A stretch of 64,000 nucleotides of DNA from Myxococcota bacterium (GTDB lineage Bacteria; Myxococcota_A; UBA9160; UBA6930), in contig JASJCN010000008.1 in the NCBI GenBank assembly GCA_030065975.1, positions 1,047 through 65,046 on the forward strand, given 5' to 3'. The notes under the pieces are model-generated. The model was not told the origin of the DNA, did no database searches, and was given only the letters and a program-made list of their open reading frames with translations. The position numbers were made by a program, and so were the translations under genes. Below are positions 27,958 to 35,291 of this stretch, one piece after another (the first letter of the stretch is position 1; the number at the start of each line of letters is the position of its first letter).

Positions 27958-29038
27958 GCGCGGCCACCGCCGACGCGGGGGGCTCGGCCCCGTAGGGCCG
28001 TTCGTGCTCGGGCTCGGGCGCCGGCTCCTCTTCCCGCTCCGGCGCCCAGTTGATGCGCTGGTAGTCGAAGCCCCCGTCCGCGACGACGTTGAACTTGACC
28101 ACCTCGAAGTAGGGCGAGAGGTCGAAGTCCGCGGGCGTGAGCAGCGTCGGATGACGCATGCGGAAGATGCCGGTGTAGGCGGCGCTGTCGTGACCGAAGA
28201 TGCGTCGCAGCATGCGCCGGCGCAGGCCGACGCGCTGCAGGGGGCGCTGGGTATCGAAGCCCTCGGGGAACTCGACGGCCGGCCGGATCGGGAAGCCCAC
28301 CCGTTGGAACAGGCGGCCCAGCAGGCTCGAGCAGATCACCTCGGTGGGCATGCCGCTGCCGAAGTGCAGGGCCGTCCGCCGGTAGCGCGCCGGAACCAGA
28401 CGGACCGGGATCAGGTAGCGGGCGAGGTCGAGGATGTTGCGCAGGTCGTACTTCCATCCGATCGACGCCACCGCCTCGGCCACGATCTTCGAGGTGTGCT
28501 CCGGACGGAGCCGGTGGGCGCGGACCAGCCGCACGTTGTAGTCGACGTACTTCTCGAGGGGGGCCGCCACGACGCCTTCCGGGAGCGCCTCGACCATGAG
28601 CCGGCTGGCTCCCTCGCCGTAGAGTGCGCGCGCTCGCTCGGCCGTCTCCCCACCCTGACGCAGCAGCTCGTCGCCGACGTAGAGCGCCGCGTGAGACCAG
28701 CAGCTCTGGGTGAGGTACTTCACGATGGCGGCCACGCGGGTGTCGCCCTCGACGAGCAGTACGTCGCCCTTGCGGACGTGGCGAGCCAGCGCCGCCGGAT
28801 CGTTCCAGCTCCGCCGCTCGTAGCCCGGAATCGGCTGGAGCAGCCACTCGACGATCCAGCGCGTCACCCGCCCGCGGAGGCCGGGGATCTCCGGAAGCGG
28901 GTCGGGTCCGCCGGGCATGCCCCCCGGCGCGATCGGCTCCGCCGGGCCCGAATGGCTTCGGACCGGATCCTGGTCGTGTCGAGCCCTCTCTCCGTGCGCC
29001 TCCTGGGCGCCGTCGGCCTCGGGCAGCTCGGACGCCAA
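27914..29038 (-). CDS. YiiX-like permuted papain/NlpC-P60-fold protein (putative hydrolase)
   Basis: GDVLLVEG ... YLTQSCWSHAALYVG segment resembles the YiiX/DUF830-type Cys-His core. TTG start at 29038 (ATG alternative at 28918). Confidence 0.55.
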   Translation of the reverse strand: MASELPEADGAQEAHGERARHDQDPVRSHSGPAEPIAPGGMPGGPDPLPEIPGLRGRVTRWIVEWLLQPIPGYERRSWNDPAALARHVRKGDVLLVEGDTRVAAIVKYLTQSCWSHAALYVGDELLRQGGETAERARALYGEGASRLMVEALPEGVVAAPLEKYVDYNVRLVRAHRLRPEHTSKIVAEAVASIGWKYDLRNILDLARYLIPVRLVPARYRRTALHFGSGMPTEVICSSLLGRLFQRVGFPIRPAVEFPEGFDTQRPLQRVGLRRRMLRRIFGHDSAAYTGIFRMRHPTLLTPADFDLSPYFEVVKFNVVADGGFDYQRINWAPEREEEPAPEPEHERPYGAEPPASAVAALSVEPEAPKPARAE

Positions 29039-29305
29039 TGTCCCTCGCCTCCTCGAAGACTCATCGGCCGGAGCCGGCCGGCGACTGACCGGGCCGAACC
29101 CCGGGCGCCTGGGAAGCTGCCAATCGGGCCCGAAAACCGCTGGATTTGATGGATTCGCCCCTTCCTCTTGTGTATCCTCTGGGGCCTCGATCAGGGAAAA
29201 CCCTTTATTTTCGGGTACTTAGGGGCATAGATACCCCAACCCAAGCGCTCTACGAGTGGAATCGACAACACTCGCGGCGGGTGTGAAGCGGGAGACCGGG
29301 CAGCC

Positions 29306-29518
29306 ATGGACGTCAGGATCGCCGCCAATCTTTCTTTCACCGTCACCGGGACGGGCCTCGAGGATGCCCTCGCCGAGTTCGACGAGCTGACGGTGACGGG
29401 GCTGATCAAGGAAGTCCTGGACAAGGCGATCGACTGCGACGACATCCAGATCGCGATCACCGAGGGCCCGAACACCCTCGAAGAGTACGACTCCGTCTCC
29501 GGCGGCGGGGAAGGCTGA
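29306..29518 (+). CDS. hypothetical small acidic protein (70 aa)
   Basis: ATG start and high GC3 despite a lower-GC upstream region. No family recognised. Confidence 0.5.
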   Translation: MDVRIAANLSFTVTGTGLEDALAEFDELTVTGLIKEVLDKAIDCDDIQIAITEGPNTLEEYDSVSGGGEG

Positions 29519-29591
29519 GCCGAGGCCGCGGCCCCACGCCGAGCTCCCGAAGGCTTTCTGCGGCTCGACAGCACGCGGTTATGCTCCGGCC

Positions 29592-30239
29592 GTGGAAGAA
29601 GCGCAGATCCCCCTCTTTCCGCTCTCGAACGTCGTTCTTTTCCCGGGATGCCTCACGCCGCTCCACGTCTTCGAGCCGCGCTATCGGCAGATGACCGAGT
29701 CGGCCCTCGAGGGCCAGCGGCTGATCGGGATGGTCACCGTCCTCCCGTCAGAGCAGGACGAGATGGCGGGAAACCCGGGAATCTTCCCGATCGGCTGCGC
29801 CGGCTTCATCACCGACCACGAGCAGCTCGACGACGGCCGCTACAACATCGTGTTGCGCGGAACCCGCTGCTTCCGCGTGACCCACGAGATCCCCACCGAC
29901 GCCGAGCGGCTCTACCGCCTGGCCGACGTCGGATTCCTCGACGAGCCTACGAGCCCGCCGAAGCCGGGGGTGCGGGCGGCCGTGCTCGCGCACCTCGAGG
30001 CCATCGCGAAGCGCAGCGGACAGAGCCAGGAGCTGTCGCTCTCGCAGCTCGAGGGGCTCGACGACGCCTCCTTCGCCAACGTCCTGTGCCAGGCCCTCGG
30101 CTTCCCTCCCGAGGAGAAGCAGGGGCTGCTCGAGGCCGGCGTCTCGGGCGAGCGGCTCGATCGTCTGGAGGGACTGCTGGCCTTCCATCAAGCGGCCATG
30201 CAGTCGCCCGATCCGGGCGGCTCGGGCGTCGTCCACTAG
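29592..30239 (+). CDS. stand-alone LON substrate-binding (Lon N-terminal) domain protein
   Basis: IPLFPLSNVVLFPGCLTPLHVFEPRYRQM is the classic Lon N-domain opening. GTG start. Confidence 0.85.
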   Translation: MEEAQIPLFPLSNVVLFPGCLTPLHVFEPRYRQMTESALEGQRLIGMVTVLPSEQDEMAGNPGIFPIGCAGFITDHEQLDDGRYNIVLRGTRCFRVTHEIPTDAERLYRLADVGFLDEPTSPPKPGVRAAVLAHLEAIAKRSGQSQELSLSQLEGLDDASFANVLCQALGFPPEEKQGLLEAGVSGERLDRLEGLLAFHQAAMQSPDPGGSGVVH

Positions 30240-30245
30240 GGGACA

Positions 30246-30278
30246 CGAGGGGGGCGCGAGGGGGGCGCGAGGGGGCGA
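30246..30278 (+). repeat. three tandem 11-bp G-rich repeats (CGAGGGGGGCG), G-quadruplex-type motif
   Basis: Read directly. Together with GGGG at 30239-30242 this gives four G-runs of 4 to 6 separated by 5-6 nt. Confidence 0.85.
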
Positions 30279-30551
30279 GACCGGCCCAGATGCCCGAAAT
30301 CGGGGCTTTGGAGCGGGCTCTTCGAGCGTCTCGAAAATCGGCGAAATCGGTCGAAAAGAGTCGGTTTCGGCAGCAATCCGCAGATCAGCGACTGCCTCCG
30401 AACTCGCAGGTGACACGCGATCGCGACACCTGACCGAGCCTCAGGAATGGCGCGGAACCCCGCGGAAAGCGTGGGCGATCCGGGTTGCAAACAGCGGTTC
30501 CCCCCCACCCGAACGCGCTCTGCGACTGAACCGCGTGCGTGTCGGCTTCTC

Positions 30552-30573
30552 GTGACGATCGGGTGACGATCGG
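30552..30573 (+). repeat. perfect tandem 11-bp direct repeat GTGACGATCGG x2 upstream of dnaA
   Basis: Read directly. A degenerate third copy CGACGATCAGG lies at 30612-30622. Confidence 0.85.
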
Positions 30574-30676
30574 TTTGCGGGAGCGCTTCGGGAGTGGTCT
30601 ATTCCCGGGTCCGACGATCAGGGTGAGAGGGTCCTCTCGGGTTCCCCCCCAGCTGGACCAGAGATTCAGGACATTG

Positions 30677-32101
30677 ATGCAACCCCCCCCGACGGTGTGG
30701 GACGGCGTTTTGCGCCGGCTTCACTCCGAGATGCCCGAGTACGCTCTGGACGCGTGGATCCGTCCTTTGACGCCGATCCAGCTTCCCGACGAGCTCGTCC
30801 TCCAGTCTCCGAGCGCATTCCACCAGCATCGCGTGGAGACGCGCTTCCTGGGCGAGATCGAGCGCGCGCTGGCCGCCGAGATCGGTCATCCGCTCGGGGT
30901 GCGCCTCGAGGTGGGAGCGGCCGACGCCGGGCAGGCGGCGCCTTCACCGGACGCCCCCGAAGAGGCGCCCGCGAGCACCCGACCGGAGCCGGAGCTACCG
31001 GTTCCCATCCAGCCAGATCCCGCCGAATCCACCAGGAACCGCGGAATTCTCCGGACCCAGCCGGCGCCGGTCGAGCAGCTGCCCCTGCTCCACACCTTCG
31101 AGAGCTTCGTCGTGGGCCCCAACAACGCCCTGGCGCGCGAGGCCGCCCTCGCCGTCTCCCAGGGGATGCAGCCAGGAGCCACGCCGCTCTTCCTCGCGGG
31201 GCCCTCGGGCACCGGGAAGTCCCATCTGGCCCGCGCCATCGCCAGCGAGGCCCGCCAGCGGGGCCGGACGGTCTACGCCTCGGCCGAGTCGTTCACGAGC
31301 CTCCTGGTCCAGTCGATCCGGACCGGGAAGCAGACGCGCTTCAAGCAGCGCTTCCGCGACCAGTGCGACTTCCTCGTCCTCGAGGACGTCCAGTTCCTGG
31401 AGGGCAAGAGCTCCTCCCAGCTCGAGCTCTTCCACACCATCGAGCATCTGCGCCTGGTGGGCCGGCCGGTGGTGCTCACCGGCGATCGTCTGCCCTGCGA
31501 GATCCCGCGCCTCGACGCGCGTCTCTCCTCGGAGATGGCGAGCGGTCTGGTCGCCCTGCTCGAGCCGCCGGATGCGGCGCTTCGCCGCGGCATCCTGCGT
31601 CAGAAGGCGGCGAGCTGGGGCGTGCGGCTGCCCGACGCCGGCCTCGACCTGCTGGTCGAGCGCGTCCGGGGAAGCGCGCGCGATCTCGACGGCGTGCTGC
31701 GGCAGATCGTGGTGAGCGCATCCCTGCTCGGCCGGCGCATCGACACCGCGCTGATCGAGCAGGCCCTCCTCAAGGTCGCACCGTCGGGAAGCGCCGGCGG
31801 CGGCGTCTCGGTGACGCGGGTGATCGACACCGTCTCGGCCTTCTTCGGCCTGGCCCCGCACCTCCTGGCCTCGCCGGCGCGCAACCACCGGGTGCTGCTA
31901 CCGCGGCAGATCGCGATGTTCCTGTGCCACCGCTACACCGACGCGAGCTACGCCGAGATCGGCCGCGCCCTGGGACGCGAGCACCCCGCGGTACGCAACG
32001 CCATCCGCAAGATCGACCGCGAGATCGCGGAGCGCGCGCCCCTCCGCTACCAGGTCGAGGCGATCGCCGAGCGACTGCAGGCGGACGGGGACCCGACGTA
32101 G
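30677..32101 (+). CDS. dnaA: chromosomal replication initiator protein DnaA
   Basis: Domain I (VWDGVLRRLHSEMPEYALDAWIRPL), AAA+ Walker A (GPSGTGKSHL) and a C-terminal DNA-binding domain (GREHPAVRNAIRKI). ATG 30677 is preferred over GTG 30539. Confidence 0.95.
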   Translation: MQPPPTVWDGVLRRLHSEMPEYALDAWIRPLTPIQLPDELVLQSPSAFHQHRVETRFLGEIERALAAEIGHPLGVRLEVGAADAGQAAPSPDAPEEAPASTRPEPELPVPIQPDPAESTRNRGILRTQPAPVEQLPLLHTFESFVVGPNNALAREAALAVSQGMQPGATPLFLAGPSGTGKSHLARAIASEARQRGRTVYASAESFTSLLVQSIRTGKQTRFKQRFRDQCDFLVLEDVQFLEGKSSSQLELFHTIEHLRLVGRPVVLTGDRLPCEIPRLDARLSSEMASGLVALLEPPDAALRRGILRQKAASWGVRLPDAGLDLLVERVRGSARDLDGVLRQIVVSASLLGRRIDTALIEQALLKVAPSGSAGGGVSVTRVIDTVSAFFGLAPHLLASPARNHRVLLPRQIAMFLCHRYTDASYAEIGRALGREHPAVRNAIRKIDREIAERAPLRYQVEAIAERLQADGDPT

Positions 32102-32103
32102 CG

Positions 32104-32730
32104 ATGGACCCGGCGGCCCGGGACGCCCCGGCCACCCGACGCAATCGCGACGCGATCCTCGAGGTGCTGGCAGCGCGCCTCACCTCGGACGCCCGGGTGC
32201 TCGAGGTCTCGAGCGGCACGGGGCAGCACGCCGCGCACTTCGGCTCGGCGATGCCCGGCGTGCACTGGCAGCCGACCGAGGCCGATGCCGGTGCCTTCGC
32301 CTCGATCTCGGCGTGGGCCCGGGAGGCCCGTGCGACGAACGTCGCCGAGCCGCTCCTCCTCGATGCGACGGCGCCCTCGTGGTCGCTCCCCGAGCCGGCC
32401 CGCTTCGATGCGGTCTTCAACGCGAACCTGATCCACATCGCACCGTGGGAGGTCGCCCTGGGCCTGCTCGCCGGAACCGCGCGCCATCTCCTCCCGGACG
32501 GCCAGCTCCTGCTCTACGGGCCCTTCCTCGAGGACGAGGTCGAGACGGCGCCGAGCAACCTCGCCTTCGATGCCTCGCTCCGCGAGCGCGACCCGCGCTT
32601 CGGGATCCGCCGTCGCGAGAACGTCGAGCGCGCAGCGGCCGAGCGCGGCCTGCGCCTCGAGGAGCGGATCATCATGCCGGCCAACAACCTGATGCTGTGC
32701 TTCCGGCGAACCGGGGGCGGCGCCGCCTAG
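32104..32730 (+). CDS. DUF938 family (SAM-dependent methyltransferase-fold) protein
   Basis: RNRDAILEVL ... VLEVSSGTGQHAAHF ... NLIHIAPW pattern of DUF938. ATG 2 nt after the dnaA stop. Confidence 0.8.
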   Translation: MDPAARDAPATRRNRDAILEVLAARLTSDARVLEVSSGTGQHAAHFGSAMPGVHWQPTEADAGAFASISAWAREARATNVAEPLLLDATAPSWSLPEPARFDAVFNANLIHIAPWEVALGLLAGTARHLLPDGQLLLYGPFLEDEVETAPSNLAFDASLRERDPRFGIRRRENVERAAAERGLRLEERIIMPANNLMLCFRRTGGGAA

Positions 32731-33971
32731 CGCGAGGGCGAGCTCGCGATGCGCAGACGAGTCCCCGCCTCGGCCTCGCGGAAGCGGCGCGGGCCGGAGA
32801 TCTCGGGGCCCGACTCGGGCTCGAGCGAGGGCGGATCGAGGGCCGGATCGTCGAAGCGGCGCAGCACGCCGTAGGTGGTGTTGCGTTCGATGGGCGTGCG
32901 GCCCATGCCCCGGATCAGCCGGCGGATCTCCTCGGGCGGCAGGTTCTCGCCGTGGTCGGCGCCGGACTCGCGGCTGATGGACTCCTCCATCAGGGTACCG
33001 CCGAAATCGTTGGCGCCGGCGGTCAGCGCGACCTGGGAGAGCTTCGGCCCCATCTTCACCCACGACATCTGGACGTTGGTGATCAGCGGGCGCAGGAAGA
33101 GCCGCGCCAGGGCGATGATGCGGAGGTCGTCCGCGGCCGAGGGCCCGGGCGCCTCGAGACTCTTCCCGAGGTGGTTGCGCTCGTAGATGAAGCCGAGCGG
33201 CACGAACTCGGTGAAGCCGCCGGTGCGCTTCTGCAGGTCGCGCAGCAGCTCGAGGTGGGTCGCCACGTGCTCGGGCCGCTCGATGTGCCCGTACATGATC
33301 GTGGCGCTCGAGCGCAGGCCCACCTCGTGGGCGGCGGTCACGATCTCGACCCAGCGGTCGGTGCGCAGCTTCTGGTGCGAGATGGCCTCGCGCACGTCGT
33401 CGGAGAGGATCTCGGCGGCGGTACCGGGGATCGTTCCGAGGCCCGCATCCTTGTACCAGGTGAGCAGCTCGCGCAGCTCCATCCCGCTCTTCTTGTGCGC
33501 GAAGTCGATCTCCTCGGGCGAGAAGGCGTGGATGTGGAGGTCCGGATGCACCGCCTTCAACGAGGTGAGGATCTCGTGGTAGTGGGTGTGGTCCTTGCGC
33601 GGATCGATGCCGCCCTGGATGCAGACCTCGGTGGCGCCCCGGGAGATCGCATCCGTCGCCTTGGCGATGATCTCCTCCATCGTCCGGTCGTAGGCGTCGG
33701 GGTCGTCGCGATGGCGCGAGAAGCCGCAGAAGGTGCAGCCGACGTAGCAGACGTTGGTGAAGTTGATGTTCCGGTTCACGACGAAGGAGACGTCGTCCCC
33801 GTTGTCGTCGCTGCGGGCCACGTCGGCCGTCCGGCACAGGGCGTGGAGGTCCGGGCCCTGGGTCGCGAGCAGGCGCAGGGCGTCGTCCCGCGTCAGCTCC
33901 CGGCCGCTGAGTGCACCGTCCAGGATCTTCGCCACGTCGGGAGAGACGTCGCCGAGCAGTCGCTCCAGCAT
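32727..33971 (-). CDS. cofH: FO synthase subunit 2 (5-amino-6-(D-ribitylamino)uracil--L-tyrosine 4-hydroxyphenyl transferase)
   Basis: Radical-SAM segment VVNRNINFTNVCYVGCTFCGF and EVCIQGGIDP closely resemble the C-terminal half of FbiC. Adjacent to cofG. Confidence 0.85.
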   Translation of the reverse strand: MLERLLGDVSPDVAKILDGALSGRELTRDDALRLLATQGPDLHALCRTADVARSDDNGDDVSFVVNRNINFTNVCYVGCTFCGFSRHRDDPDAYDRTMEEIIAKATDAISRGATEVCIQGGIDPRKDHTHYHEILTSLKAVHPDLHIHAFSPEEIDFAHKKSGMELRELLTWYKDAGLGTIPGTAAEILSDDVREAISHQKLRTDRWVEIVTAAHEVGLRSSATIMYGHIERPEHVATHLELLRDLQKRTGGFTEFVPLGFIYERNHLGKSLEAPGPSAADDLRIIALARLFLRPLITNVQMSWVKMGPKLSQVALTAGANDFGGTLMEESISRESGADHGENLPPEEIRRLIRGMGRTPIERNTTYGVLRRFDDPALDPPSLEPESGPEISGPRRFREAEAGTRLRIASSPSR

Positions 33972-34023
33972 CAGCAGGACTCCAGTCTGGGGCGCAGGGG
34001 GTGAGGCGAGGGGACGTTACGCA

Positions 34024-35223
34024 TCAGGCGGCCTCGCTCGGCGCGCCGGAGCTTCGCGGCCGGGCGTAGCCGTCCTCGGTCGCGAGGCGCAGCGCCGCCT
34101 CCCGCACCAGAGGATCGGTGAAGCGCGGGTCGTTCAGGTGGCGCGGATAGATCGGGAGCCGCTCGACCAGGCGCTGCCCGCCGGCCTCGGTGTGGCCACG
34201 CAGCTCGTCGAGGGCGGGCCAGGGCGCCTCGGGGTTGATGTAGTCGACGGTCACCGGCGAGACGCCGCCCCAATCCGACACGCCGCCGTGCAGCAGCTCG
34301 CCGAGCACCTCGGGTGCCAGGTTCGGCGGCGCCTGCACCTCGATGTCCGGGCCGAGGATCAGGCGCGCGAGCGCCACCCAGCCGGCCACCTCGGCGTCGG
34401 TGAGCGCCACCGCGGCGCGCATGCGGATGCCGGGCTTGGGATGGAAGGGCTGGATGATCGCCTCCTGGATGTGTCCGAAGCGATCGTCGAGGGAGCGGAT
34501 GGTGAGCAGCGTGTCGATCCGCTCTTCGTCGTTCTCGCCGATCCCGAGCAGGATGCCGCTGGTGAACGGGATCGCGAGCTCCCCGGCCTCCTCGTGCATG
34601 CGGATGCGCACGGCCGGGTCCTTGTCCGGCGCGTACTGGTGCGCCATCCCCTTGCCGCGCAGGCGAGGGCTCGTGGACTCGAGCATCAGGCCCATGGAGA
34701 CGTTGAAGCGGCGAAGCGCCGTCATCTCGTCAGCCGACAGGATCCCGGCGTTCGTGTGCGGGAGCATGCCGGCCTCGAAGGACACCCGGCAGGCCTCGAT
34801 CAGGTACTCGGCGGTGGTCTCGAAGCCGCGCGCCTGCAGCCACTTCTTGTGGCTCTGGTAGGCGATCTCGGGCTTGTCGCCGAGGCAGAAGAGCGCCTCG
34901 ATGCAGCCCATCGACGCGGCGGCTCGGGACAACGACGCGACCTCGTCGAGGGCCCAGGTCTTCGCCTCGGGCGAGTCGGGCTGCTTCGCAAAGGTGCAGT
35001 AGGCGCAGCGATCCCGGCACAGGTTCGTGAGCGGGATGAACACGTTGCGCGAGACGGTGACGACGTCGCCGCGGAGCTCACGCTTGAGCTCAGAGGCCAC
35101 CTCGAGCAGGGGACGACGCACGGCGTCGTCTCCGAGGCGGGTGGCCAGCCACAGGGCGTCTTCGGCTTCGAGGCGACGGGAGTCGCGTGCCGTCTGGAGG
35201 ATGGACTCGGCGGGGGAAGCCAC
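34024..35223 (-). CDS. cofG: FO synthase subunit 1 (7,8-didemethyl-8-hydroxy-5-deazariboflavin synthase)
   Basis: RNVFIPLTNLCRDRCAYCTF and CIEALFCLGDKPE closely resemble the N-terminal half of FbiC. GTG start. Confidence 0.85.
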   Translation of the reverse strand: MASPAESILQTARDSRRLEAEDALWLATRLGDDAVRRPLLEVASELKRELRGDVVTVSRNVFIPLTNLCRDRCAYCTFAKQPDSPEAKTWALDEVASLSRAAASMGCIEALFCLGDKPEIAYQSHKKWLQARGFETTAEYLIEACRVSFEAGMLPHTNAGILSADEMTALRRFNVSMGLMLESTSPRLRGKGMAHQYAPDKDPAVRIRMHEEAGELAIPFTSGILLGIGENDEERIDTLLTIRSLDDRFGHIQEAIIQPFHPKPGIRMRAAVALTDAEVAGWVALARLILGPDIEVQAPPNLAPEVLGELLHGGVSDWGGVSPVTVDYINPEAPWPALDELRGHTEAGGQRLVERLPIYPRHLNDPRFTDPLVREAALRLATEDGYARPRSSGAPSEAA

Positions 35224-35291
35224 GGTCTACCGAGGATGGCGCCTTTCCATGGGGGTTGCACCCGACCCCGGCGGGGGAGTCGGGTTGCGGA

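Noticed and set aside
30370-30625. Cluster of GATC sites upstream of dnaA as Dam-type origin or sequestration sites.
   Set aside because: GATC is frequent throughout this GC-rich sequence (for example in GAG-ATC and CGA-TCG codon pairs). I could not show enrichment without counting genome-wide, and Dam/SeqA systems are restricted to gamma-proteobacteria.
30539-30676. GTG 30539 as the dnaA start, as in the ORF track, adding 46 N-terminal residues.
   Set aside because: The extension (SASRDDRVTIGLRERFGSG...) is low-complexity and overlaps the tandem 11-bp repeats. DnaA domain I begins right after Met 30677 (MQPPPTVWDGVLRRL...). The upstream start cannot be fully excluded.
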